A stretch of DNA of 62,972 nucleotides, filler included, from Kipferlia bialata (Eukaryota), in the NCBI GenBank assembly GCA_003568945.1. It is 3 parts of 3 records of this genome, joined end to end, with 100 filler letters (N's around TTAATTAATTAA, not from the genome) between each part and the next. Parts side by side here need not be neighbours in the genome. Positions count along the whole stretch, not along the records: positions 1 to 20,982 come from BDIP01000346.1; positions 21,083 to 42,014 come from BDIP01000347.1; 1 more part is not named here. One strand, 5' to 3'. Position numbers and translations under genes: made by a program. A model generated the notes under the pieces. It made no database searches. It was not told where the DNA came from and worked only from the letters and a program-made list of their open reading frames with translations. The stretch's first letter is position 1, and each line of letters starts with the position of its first letter. Positions 13,122-25,859 of this stretch are shown piece after piece.

Positions 13122-14221
13122 GTGTGTGTGTGTGGGGGGGGGGGGTCAGACTGAGGGTTAGACTGTAGGACAATTTCTGTATTCATACATATATAATTAT
13201 TATGTACTTGTTTGTGTGTATGTGTATCACACGTTGCAACTTAGTAGCGGGTATGTCGGGGGGATATATACACGAGTATCATCTCAGTTATAGGTTTTGA
13301 AGTAGACAGTGTCTACTAGACACATAAGGATCGGAGAAGGAGGTAAGAATATATCTATGTGGGTAGGGGGGGGGGGGGGTTGATGACAGTGCACTGTTTG
13401 GCACATGGTATTGTCAATAGTATGACGGATCCCAGTACCCAGTTTCAATTCGTATCAATAATGAATAGCTGAGTGATGTATAGGGAGGTGAGTCACATAA
13501 GTCATAATATATGTAATTTGTACTTACGCAGCACATAGTACCTTGTATTTCAGCTAGTAAGGGAGAGCTGTGCCTGGGGATAGTTCCCTTCAATCTGAGC
13601 TTGTGTAAAGAGATAACCTACTTTTGCGGCTATCAAGCCTAGCCCCTTATTTGTAATAAATGAATAATAGCGTATAAACGTTACATGTCGGCACCTTGGG
13701 GCCTATTGGCGAAGAGGCTGACACTCTTCACATCACAACTCTCTCCTCTCTGCTCTGCGTGTATAGAGTAACACCGATTCCAAACCCTCAGACGAACGTC
13801 TTGGGGATTGTTATGAATCCACTCATCGGATTTGTCAAGTTGAGACAACGATCGATACTATCAATCGTTCTCTCTCTATCACTCTAGTGACCCACAATTC
13901 ACTTCCACAGATTTTGCCAGTGCTCTTCGCGAGACAAACCTTGCTGCCCTAAATAGGATCGTCCAGTGGGTGAAAATTCATTCGGACTCCAGACTGGAGT
14001 ACTGTACACCATCTTTCTATACATGGTAGGAGTATGGAGCGTGCCTTACGAGTTGGGCGTGTACTATTTGGCCAGGTTGTACAACTCATCATCATGGGCA
14101 ATGAGAAATAATCTATTACATTTCTAAGGTGGTTGACACACCAACTTGTTGTGTCAAGAGAGGGACTGAACAGACGTATCCGCTCTCATACCATTCCACA
14201 CAGAGCATACACAATGTACGT

Positions 14222-17200
14222 CTACTTATAGAACTTCATGTACTGCTCCTCCTCCTTCTCTGACAGGTCGAGGTCGTCCAGTCTCTCCACTGCGGCACTG
14301 AAGAGAGCCATCTCATCCTGACCCATCTTGGTCTGGTCCAGTTTCTGCAGGGTCTTCATGTATCGGATGCGGATCCCAGAGTTCTTGTCTCTCATGTCCT
14401 TCTCATACAGCATCCTGCGGAGGGGGGGCATGGGAATCTCCTGGGTGTGAGACTCACACTGTGACTACGTGTGGATACATATAATCGTTATATGGTAGAC
14501 TCACCCCAGACCCGGAGAGGCTGCCAGAGGATGACGACTGGCACTCACTATGCAGCCTTCTTAGAGTGGGGACACTCTTCCTAGGGTCAACAGTGGAATG
14601 CAATAATTGAAGGAAAACAAGAGAGAACCTGCGAAATCTGAATGGAGAATGCGAGAATAGCAGAGAATTATGTATGAAGAATGAGTGAACAGTTCTAAAT
14701 AGCAATACTCACTGTGGTTCCTCAGGTCTGGCAATGACCTCCCAGATACCAAGCTTGTCAGCAACCCACTGAAGGTGAGGATGTCAAACATCAACAATAA
14801 CCACTCATGACTAGCTCTAGTAGCGCTGCCCGATGAATTAGTTATTATACTCACCACCAGTTTGAACTTTTCTAGAAGCTGCCCTGGGGTGGGTCTGTGG
14901 GCTGGGTCCATCTACTAGTGAGACATCCCCAGGGATTCAGATAGGAATCAAGTGTATAGGACATAGATCACACATATATGTGAGCTGGAATCACACACAG
15001 AAACATATATATCAGAAAGAACACGTGAGCGCACCTGCACCATGGAGTTGATGATGCCTGCCAGGCCTGGCACACCTGTGTCGGCATCTGTCAGAGTGCT
15101 GTGCATCAGAGGCATCACAACCAGAGTGATTCATTTTGGTATATTAATATCATTTTGGAATGAGGGTATGACGGGATAGCTCTGCGGGGAACACACACAC
15201 GGTCTACGTACTCGAAACGCCCTGCCAGGAGCATCCGGTCGAGCTCTCTACGGGTTGTGACACCACCAAGGACCCAGTTACTCTGAACCATCTGGTGTTG
15301 GAAGAGTAGAAACGTCATACATTAGTGAACTACCCACCTCGTTGCATATCAGGCCAATAGAGAAGACGTCAGCCTTGGTGCCGTACTGTGCCTGGCCGGT
15401 CTCGGGGCACAGAGAGCCGTAGGGGCGGTAGTCGTCCTTGATATAGCACTAACAGTGAGAGAACTTCAGATGTAACACATAGCACTCACATGTCACGAAT
15501 CAGGCAGTCAAACCCTTTCATTCATACCTCGGGTGCACGATAGAGAGGGTTTCCAACCTCACAGGTGCTAGTCAGGTCTTCCTGGGCAGGTTAATGGTCA
15601 TAAAAGGAATAGAAGAGACACACACATATATATATCTAGAGACACACCCCGACGTCCATGGGCTTGCAGAGACCCAGGTCTACAATGTGGACTACGGCAT
15701 CGTCCCCAGACATATCCACCATGATGTTGTCAGGCTGAGGTGAGAAATGTCATTTGCAGATACACAAATACTCTCACTGGGATGATATATGTGGTATCTT
15801 GAGAATCTGAGAGAGCGAAAATGTAGCTATATGTCCCAATGTCGACACATTCCCACCTTGATGTCTCTGTGAATCACGTTCTGGCCATCTAGGTCTCTTA
15901 GCCCAAGTAGTAGCTGCAATGAGGAGCGGTTATAGTATATATATATATATATATGACAGCAATCAGAGAGAACCAAAAGGCTTACTGCAAGAACAGATGG
16001 TATTATAGTATTGCTCCAAAGGCCCTATCATTCAACAGAGCGACAAAGATACCTGCTCCATGATGGACATCAAGTGGGGCAGCCGATTGGCAGCACACCT
16101 GTTGGTGTGCTTAGAGAGGACATCCTTGAACGACTCTCCTAGAACGTGAGATGCCGAGAGAGATAGTAGTATTATAATGGAATATTGAATGAGAGATACA
16201 GGCAAATGGGTAACAGCATTGCCACACAATGAGACAAGAACCTGGTAGATACTCCATCACAATCACCATCTGGTGTGTCTCTGAGTCCATAAAGTGGTCA
16301 AAGCACCTAGGAATCAGAACACAAGGTATATAGCGGAATACTGATACAATATACAATATACACTAATATTTATTTAGTATACGACAGACATTGAGATTGT
16401 ATCGCAGAATGCTGCCTCAAGAGAGAACGTACTCCCAGATGACAGGACAACACAGCGTAGACAGGTTAGTGTCTATTAGTGTAGGGCAATGAACATGTGT
16501 CATAAAATGAAAGTATGAATACAAACGCGTATGGTGACAAGAGAAGCATAAGAAACGTACTTGACCACGAATGGAGAATTTGCAACCTGGAACTCTCCTG
16601 CTGCAATCTCGCGCTTGAGGTTCTCACTCTGAGTGTCAGTAAAGTACACATTTGCGCTTGAAAGGAACCCAGTATAATAAGACTGTATTCACTTACCATC
16701 GACCGTTGGCTCTGCAGCTTCACAGCGTACTCTCCTACTGGATATCCCTCGCTGTCTCTCTTGGTCACCTGATGAAATGAATACTATGCCAGTCATATGG
16801 GGTAGGATATATGGGGTATTATATGTACGATGGAATTAGACACAACTTATAGACCACTCTAGAGTGATATATGACATACCTTGTACACACTCCCATAATA
16901 TCCCCCACCCAGGTAGGCTGGGTTGGGTCTCCCATCCATGTACTCTCGGCAGGTGTCAAAAAACTCAAACACAGCGTAGAGCGACTTCTCACTGAAAATG
17001 AGCAGAGCGTGTTCAATGCATTCTCTAGACAATATGATATACCTGGTACAACTGAATGAGTGGGAGAGCATCTGCTGGCCGTCCACAATACACTTGGCCT
17101 TGGACTGCTCAGCGAGGCTGGCTTCCAACCCACACCTGTCTCTAGGGTGACCAGGAAGGACCACCGTTCTGCTCTCTCTCTGGTGCCTCCGCAGATATTC

Positions 17201-20200
17201 CATTGATTTCCGTGATTCCAGTTCGCAATCAGCGAACTCTTGAAATGCCTCACGCTCCTCCTTCCTCTCTGCCCTCTCGCGGGCATAGGCCTAGTGTTAG
17301 ACACACAGAAAAAATAGTGCATCAAGCTCTCAGCTAAGGAAAATGTGTCTGTATTAACGTCGATATCCATTTGAGTAAGACTCGATGATATATATGATGT
17401 ATCTGAAGACACTCGATGATATATATGATGTATCTGAAGACACTCCCACCTGCTTGTAGTGCGCTATCTCTCTCATCACGTGACGGCTGTAGAGATCCTT
17501 AAGCAGGGCTATCTGCCGATCGTGCTGCTCTGCCATCTGCTGTGTGACGGCCTCATGGCTGGCCTTGTCTCTAGCCCTCCCTGCCTCTTCATGCATCAAC
17601 TGTGACGTCAACTCCACCACTACCTGTGGCACTACAGATCCTTCTGCCCCAGACACTGCACCCCTAATGGCTTCATTCCCACCATACAGACTCAGATCCT
17701 CTCTCACCACTTCCACAGTGGCCAGAGCTCGCTCCAGGTAACCAAGGTACTGATGTTAGCAAGCTCTATAAGGGTAATATTTGGGTGGTGATACAATCTA
17801 GCGTCGAACCCGCGTCCTACCTCCTCTTTGATACCGGCAAGAGTGGTTAGCAGCATATCACATGTTGGGCGGCTGCTAGGATCCACCTGGAGAGTGAGCG
17901 ACTGTCAACCTCAGGAAAACACAGATAAAAATAACCTGTGAACGTCATATATGCCTATTAATGATGAATACTTCTTACCTGGAGCATTGAGTTGATGAGA
18001 GACGCAAGGCCAGGGATACGGGTATCAGAGTCCAAAAGGGGCCTGAATTGTAAGAAACAGCGCGAGTAAAGAAGAAAAATAGCCTTTACCACAACAGGTA
18101 TTGTGATAGAGACCTCTCTCCACTTATACTATATACACTGTGGATCTATCTGAGGAGAAAGAGTAATACATAGAAGGTCTAGATAACTACCTAATACCGG
18201 CGTCTTTCGTTGTAAGAACTCTGAGGAGGTCGCTCATGCTTCTGGGTAGTTGTCCAAGGACACACTCAGACCTCACCAACTGGACATTAGCTCTATTATA
18301 ACATAAGGGTAACTACTGCAAGTATACAGAGGTCCAGCAGGCAGTATGCGCTTGAGATACACACTGGGAAAATGACAAGAGATACTGACTATAGTATGCA
18401 CATATGTACCTGTGTGAATGTGATACCAGCAGCCCACACGTCAACCTTGGTCCCATAATCACGACCGGAGAAGCCCAATATTCCCTCCTTGTCCATACCA
18501 ACCATCTGAGGTTAATAATGAACTACGAATGATAACTGTCATAGACTGAAAACACACTCTTTCAGTAATAGTTCCTCTTGCTCTTACCTCTGGTGCTCTG
18601 TAGAGTGGGGTTCCGACATTGTCGGACATCGTGAGGTCCTGAGGTGGTAAATAGAATCTCAACCCAATTCTCTATCTCATAGTAACAATATACCAATCAA
18701 AAATGGCTCAGTGTACCATGTCAATCAGGATTGAGTTCTGTCTAAGTGATGTGGTGTGTAACTATCACTGGAACAAAACGTACCTCGGTCTCCCGGAATG
18801 ACCGGGAGAGGCTGAGGCCGACAATCTTGACAACAGGAGAGCCCCCAGAGGTTGTGTCCAGCATGATATTCTCTGGCTACAATGAGTGAAACCGACAATA
18901 TCTATCATTTCACAAGTGAGATAACGCACCTTTATGCCCCTGTGGACAATAGAATCCCTGTGGAGATCTGCCAGTCCTCTAAGCACCTGGTGTCAACTCA
19001 ATGGGTGACCAGATTGCATAGAGATTGACCAGCGATAACAGAGAATAGTAGGATAGGTGAAAACACAGAATACCATGTCTAGAGATTCAGTCTCATACAT
19101 ACACACAAAGACTTATATACATAGATACTCCTCGACCACCCATACGTATGAATCCACATACACTCATCAAGAGTGCCACATGACATGTCATTATAATATA
19201 TATATACATATATATATATAGGTATATGATGTGCAGGTACCTGCTCTATGACAGACAGGAGGTGGGGCATGGCAGTATCTTCCTCTCTCTGACACCCGTG
19301 TTCAATGTAGCTGTGGCGACAAGGTCTAAGGAGAGAGTAGCATCCGAGGTCACGTCCTGATATGAGCAAGATAGACTGTACTACAAGCATATCTAGTTGT
19401 CATGTGTGCATACCTCCTACCAGCTCCATGATGACCACATGCCAGCCGGAGAAGGGGGCTCCATATAGGGATCGTCCCATCCTGTCCTGTATATTAGAAC
19501 ACTAGGATGGATGAATACACATGAAGGTGGGTAGGATGAAGGGTATATATTGAGAAAATCCATGGAGCTACATGTGTGTCACCTTCCACTCCTTGCAACT
19601 CTCGTACCCTTCATCTGTGTCAGAGTTGATGAAGCTGTCGACATAGCTGACAGTTAGATACGGGTTGCATAGAGAAGAGTATTATATATGCAGGTACAGG
19701 TTGCGTCGAGAAGAGCAATACAGATCTATGCCACTCTGGTAACCAAAAGGAATACTGATTGGCTGTAAGAATGAGAGAGTTGGGGGGGGGGGTATGCAAG
19801 AGAACCACTACATCTAAAAGTTAGAGACAACCTAATGACAAAAATACACAGATACACACTCACTCACACACACAAAAAATAAAGCTATACTACACATATA
19901 TATATATAGACTGACCCACCTCACTACATGCTGGGAACCAAGTGTCTTCAGCGGTGTAATATCCGATATTGAGTGCAAGAGGGAGTGCCGGTGCTGGGCA
20001 TTGACTCTGGCTAGGTTGACCAGCTTGCACGCATACTCCTGTCCAGCAACTGCGCCGTTGAGGGTCTTGGTAGCAGTGACCTGAGGGGTGAACACATGCA
20101 AGAGGGAGTCAATGAGTCACAGTATAGGGTTATGAAACGGGGGGTCTTCCCCTTTCAGACACAGAAACACCACTAGAAATATTGGTATGCTTCTGTATCT

Positions 20201-20455
20201 AGCGCCAGACGGTAGAATACTGAGTTGTAGAGTATGTGGACAGCGACCTGTACCTTGCATAGATGGTTAAATGACCCAGAACCCAGCAGGGCCCCAATGG
20301 AGAAGTAATCAGTGAGGGATTCAGTCCTGGGTGAGTAACACTCAAAGAGATAACATATTTGTATGTGGAGTAGGGACAGCAGAAATAGTCGGTGGAGTCC
20401 ATTAGTATTGCGCCACTCACCGCTGCTCGACCGGTTGGCATGAGTTAGTCACCAT
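14222..20455 (-). CDS. Tandem protein kinase: N-terminal pseudokinase, coiled-coil linker, C-terminal kinase with intact motifs (more than 20 exons)
   Basis: Domain 1: LGSGSFNHLCK, YACKLV, IVHRGIKPENIML, KIVGLSLS, VGTPLYRAPE, YGTKVDVWAAGI, MLQVDPSSRPT. Phase-compatible exons continue through YLERALATVEVVRE...HYKQ|AYARERAERKEERE into domain 2: LGGGYYGSVYK, YAVKLQ, LKREI, VIHRDIKPDNIMV, IVDLGLC, VGNPLYRAPE, YGTKADVFSIGL, MVQMDPAHRPT. Stop TAG at 14222. Confidence 0.82.
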
Positions 20456-20982
20456 TCTGTCAATGGTACACACACCCGCTGGCATATCAGGCGTCTAGCA
20501 CTGAATGCCTGTGTCTTGAGTGCTTGTCAGGACAGTGAAGAGAGCTTACTACTGGGACCCAATGAGAGGCAAACCCTTTGTGTTTGTGGCGTCATCCTAA
20601 CGATTCGTTCACTGTGGCCAAAAGAGGGAATATCGAGCGCTGTGCCTTGGCTAGTGCATTCTAATATTCAAGACTGAGCCAGTCGTGTCTGTGAGCTTAT
20701 ACTGCGCTACAACTTGACGATTACAATAAGAACCGTACTCCAAACGTCTATATGAACCTCTTCTTCCCTTTTCCAGTAACTGAGCAGGAGCACAAGATAA
20801 ATGGTACTTGTTATATACACAACAAGGGTGGGGGCCTCACCGGTGGTGGGTCACAGTCTGTGGACCATAATATATTGTCCGTACCTGTCTTTTTGTCACA
20901 TAGGGGTTCACCCCATGGGTCAAGCTGCGGCCGATGCAAAACGTCCCCGGGCGATGTTCATCTCCATGCAAATCCATCATTT

Positions 20983-21081
20983 NNNNNNNNNNNNNNNNNN
21001 NNNNNNNNNNNNNNNNNNNNNNNNNNTTAATTAATTAANNNNNNNNNNNNNNNNNNNNNNNNNNNNNNNNNNNNNNNNNNN
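20983..21081. other. Artificial contig-joining spacer (N-run + TTAATTAATTAA + N-run)
   Basis: The palindromic six-frame-stop linker TTAATTAATTAA (21027-21038) is embedded in Ns. An identical construct occurs at about 42059. Confidence 0.95.
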
Positions 21082-21189
21082 NTTTTTGGGGGTGGGTGGC
21101 CCCCCCCCCCCCCCCCCCCCCCTGCCCTCTCCCCCATCCAACCTCTCCCTCCCTCCTACCATTCTATTCAGATTCTCTCTGACCCCCAG

Positions 21190-21635
21190 GCTTTGATCTT
21201 GACTTTACCCTGGCCCAGTACAACACTGAGTTCGAGGAGCTGATATACAACCTGGCCAGGGACTACATGGTCAACGACCTCGGGTATAGGGGACATACAT
21301 GCACAGTCAGAAGACTAGTTGTCACACATGAGTCCTATCTATGAGTATGCCTCCGCTTATCAGCCATGTCTCACCCCTCAGATACCCTGAGATCCTCAAG
21401 GAGTGCAGATACGACCAGGTGCCTTTCTCTCTCTGTTTACTGTCTCACGGTCTACTTTTCTTTCAGTACTGTGCATTGAACACTCGCTCCCTCTCCATCC
21501 TCCCACCCCCCCCACCCCCCACCTTTCTGGATCTCGCTATGGATTTATCCAACCCCCAGATGTTCCCCATCCGGGGTCTCTTCCTCGACAAGCAGCTCGG
21601 AAACCTACTCAAGGTGAGGGGAGAATAGTATACTG

Positions 21636-21669
<34 letters not shown>

Positions 21670-24600
21670 TCCCTCTATCACTTCTCTTTCTAACAGTAGG
21701 TTGACGAGTATGGCAACATCGTGATTGCCTCCCACGGCAGAAGGGTCATGAGCAGGTATACTCATTAGTATTTACACCTGTATCCTCACAGTATATAATA
21801 TATACACACATTTCTATATACCTATGCTGCTATCTACATAGGGAGTCTCTACATCTGTTACCTTATTGCAAGGGAGAACAGGCACCACGTATATAAGAAC
21901 GCTGTGCTGTCCAAGGAGGACCTCAAGTCACCCAGATACGCACTGCTTGGTAAGTGGGAGTGGTATCACTTATGTCTCTCTCTCATTGTTCTCTTTGGAG
22001 AGTCTGTTTCAATGCCTGTTTCAGTGCCTGTCCCTTATCTTCAGACCACCTTCTTTGCCGCCCCCGAGTCATATATATCCACAATCTCTATATATGTGGC
22101 TAAATGTGTCTCAGTGTCATTCACTCTGCCCAACCCCAGACACCTTCTTTGCCGCCCCCGAGTCATGCCTGGCAGCTGATCTGGTGGAGAGACTGGAGTC
22201 ACTGCAGGCTATCAAGGTGGGTATAGTAATCACATATCATTCTTTACCTATAGATCATTACGTTCAGGAGGTGACTGCCTTCGATGCATCCAGTGATACC
22301 TTATAGTGATATAGTGAATGTCTCTCTCTCTATATGTATGATAGTTACCAAGAGTGCTCTGTCTGAACCCAGGAGGTGACTGCCTTCGATGCGTCCAGTG
22401 ACGATGAGGAGGAGAGCGTGCCCACACCAGCACCAAGTCTAGGTATGCAATAGGATATGCACACATCTATATAGTATTTTCTACTATATACATTGTTTGT
22501 ATGTCCAGCACCAAGCCTAAGTGTTCTATGGATAGTGTATATATATTGGTATGTATGTATATACATGCATGCATATATCCTCTCACTCCCAGACGAGGTC
22601 AGGAACCTTGAGAGAGGGAGGCTGTCCTACAACATGCTGCTGAGTGACCTGAGGACAGCCATGGAGCACGTGCACAGGAGGGACGGACCTCTCAAGGTGT
22701 GTCTCTCTCTATATATATATACCTCTCTCTCTCCGTCACCCTCAGATCCTTGCCATAAGCATAAGTCTCTCTCTCTCAGCCATATATGCATCTATATACC
22801 TCACCCCCAGACCAACACCATACATACCATCTCTCTCTCTCTCTCTCTCTCTCTTGCTTTTCCTTCTATACACATCTACCCTTACCCCAGACCATCACCA
22901 TGCAGCACAGTCTCTCTCCCTCTCTTTCTCTCAGCTATATATACATCTATACACCTCACCCCCCAGACCATTACCACGCATACTATCTCTGTCTCTCTCT
23001 CTCTCTCTCTTTTGTTTTTCCTTCTGTACACATCTACCCTTACCCCCAGACCATCACCATGCAGCACTTTGACAAGTATGTGGTGCAGTGTGCCAGACTG
23101 CCACAGCTGCTGGAGGGGCTCAGGAAGGTAAGGAAGGTTGTTATGCACCTATACACTGTACATATACAGTACGTATGTACCTCTCTTGGTTTATGTCTCA
23201 CTCCAGGGCGGCAAGCGCACCTTTGTCCTTACCAACAGTGGGTACAACTATGCGACCTCTCTGCTGGAGCACATCCTGGGTCAGGACTGGCGGTCATTCT
23301 TTGACTACGTCATTGTCAATGCCCAGAAGCCAAAGTGAGTGTGTATGCATATATCTGGTACTTATACTATCTATTCACAGTAGCCACAGAGAGTACACTT
23401 ATTGGGTCTCTACCCCCCTCACACCAGGTGGTTTGGGGATGGCACCCCCCTGAGAGAGGTCAAGCACTCAGGGAGACCCAGTGTGGGTAGTGTGGGGAAG
23501 AGGATGCTCACCACCAAGGTACCCTCATACAGAGTAGCGACATCTCTATGCTATCTATTAGACTATGTTTATGTCTCACCCCTAGATCTACCAGGGCGGG
23601 TGCATCTCCCAGTTCACCAGGATGGCCAAGCTCCCCCCCTGGTCCGTGCTGTACTGTGGGGACCAGCTCTTCGGGGACATCGTCAAGCCTAAGGGTACGC
23701 CTGTTAGTTCTAGTCTTACACTGTGTCTTCATTCCTTCAGGATTTATAGAGCTTATACTTGGGTATGGTGATATCTCTGTCCCCCTTACCCCCAGGAGCC
23801 TTCTGGCGTACACACGTGTATTTGTTCCCCTTGTGAAGTTGTTATACTATTCCATATGGGCCTATTCTTCTTCCCTCTAACCCCCAGGTGCCTTCTGGCG
23901 CACATGTCTGATTGTGCCAGAGATCCACAGGTGGGACCATAGACAGTGTACTAACAATCTATATATGCACCTCTATAATTCTGTCTTTCTCACCCCTAGG
24001 GAGATCCGTGCCTTCGAGAACTCCCAGGAGGTGTTTGACAGACTGACCAACCTGGAGTTCCTGAGGTATAGTGTGTACTAGATATACACTATGAGCATCA
24101 TATTGAATGGTTGTAGTGGTTACAGTGATATAGTAGTATGACTGCTACCCAAGTCTGACCCCCAGGTCTGAGATCTTCCGTGGCCTAGACATCCACTGCA
24201 CCCAGATGCCCCCACAGGCCAAGGAGGTATACATGTATATATATTAATGCATTGATAATATGAGAGTGTAGTGGGTATGACCTCACTTGATATATACCCC
24301 TCACCCCCTGGGTTCAGATTTTTATATATATGTATGTGTGTGTGTATACATTGATATCCCGCCTTATCCTCTAGGTCCAGATATATATATATATATATAT
24401 ATATATAGATAGATATATAGATATACCCCTCACCCCCCAGGTCCAGAAGCAGATTGAGCGTGTGGGCCACGACATTCAGCGTCTCTTCTCCCATGTGTTC
24501 GGGTCAGTCTTCACCACATCATGGGCCAGGACATACTACTCAAGCAGGGTCAGCGTCTACACAGACCTCTACACTGCATCTGTGGGTAACCTGTCTGGAT

Positions 24601-25676
24601 ACCCTCCATTCTACGTGTTCAGTGCCGCTACGGGAGCCAGGTTCGTGTATTGTTGAATATATACATACATATTTGTATAGGCTCTACTTTCCATATATAT
24701 TTACATATATAGGCACGTGTACCACTTCTGATTCTGTGCCATCGTTAGTACTACCTCTGTCTCTCTATCTATGGACATACAGACCCATACCTGGGTGTGT
24801 GCTGTTAATGCTCCCTGACCCCAGGTCCATGCCTCAACAGCAGACTTGACGAGTGTATTCTCTCTCTCTCTCTATACTCATATGTATACGTGTACTCTCT
24901 TTATATCTCTATATACGTGTACTCTGACCCCAGGTTCATGCCCCACGAGCAGACCAGAGCCAGGAGGCACAGAGAGGTCAAGGAGGTATGGGGCACACAC
25001 ACATATATATATGTATATACATATATTCATGTATATACATTGTATTCCTATGTATGCTAGAAGGCACAGGGAGGTCAAGGAGGTAGGGGTCACATGTATT
25101 CATATAGGAGGTATAGACGGGTTTTGGAGGTATATCACAGTGTCCACGTTGGCTAGTTCCCCCTCTTTGACGCTAATACTTCTAGGAGTTGCGTACCGGT
25201 GCCAACGTGAGCCCCTACCTGGCTCCTGCACCTGCATACTCCCCCGATGCATCACATGCAGTCACACCCATGGTATGTATATGTACATACAGAGACACTA
25301 TTATGTATACAGATCATTGTTGTAAGTGACTAACCCTGTTGCCCTCCCACCCCCACGGTGCCCTATTCATCTATATGGACCTATAGTTCTTATGCCTTTC
25401 CATGTACATCTACTTGTAGCATTCTATCTCTCACTCCAGTTGCCCGGCCACCCCCACGGTGCCCTTAGGGAGGGTGGCATGACTGCCGCCTCTGCCATTG
25501 AGGACATCGAGCAGTACGAGGCATCAGGTCTCACGGACCATGACGACGAGGAGGGCAGCAACAACCACATGTCCCACCCAGGCTCTGGTGCTACTAGGAC
25601 TACCCGCAGCATGCTGTCCGACATGACCCTCAGCGTCAGTGCATCCACACCCGTAGAGGAGGGGGTTATGGACTGA
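21190..25676 (+). CDS. Cytosolic IMP/GMP-type 5'-nucleotidase (cN-II / NT5DC family, HAD superfamily); 5' end lost in gap
   Basis: HAD motif I GFDLDFTLAQY; FPIRGLFLDKQLGNLLKVD; motif II FVLTNSGYNY; motif III DWRSFFDYVIVNAQKPKWF; motif IV VLYCGDQLFGDI; WRTCLIVPEI; FGSVF...YTDLYTASVGNL; FMPHE. An acidic tail ends at TGA 25676. Confidence 0.9.
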
Positions 25677-25859
25677 GAGGGAGAGGGGGTATATGAGAGA
25701 GAGAGAGGGTAGGGGGTTGATCCCCTCTATCCATGTTTATCAGCGGATGTGCGGTTCCACGAGTTGTTGTTTCTTTGTTAGAAGTGTGTTTATGTGTGTG
25801 TCTAAGCTTAGGGGTGTCCAAACAGTAGTATGTCAATAGATCAGAAGATCAGTCAGTGT

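Noticed and set aside
17381..17443. 31-bp tandem duplication (ACTCGATGATATATATGATGTATCTGAAGAC x2)
   Set aside because: A simple intronic duplication with no terminal repeats or coding effect.
21027..21038. TTAATTAATTAA palindrome as a biological site (also 42059-42070)
   Set aside because: It sits inside N-runs twice with near-identical flanks and is a six-frame-stop linker, so gene adjacency across it is not evidence of linkage.
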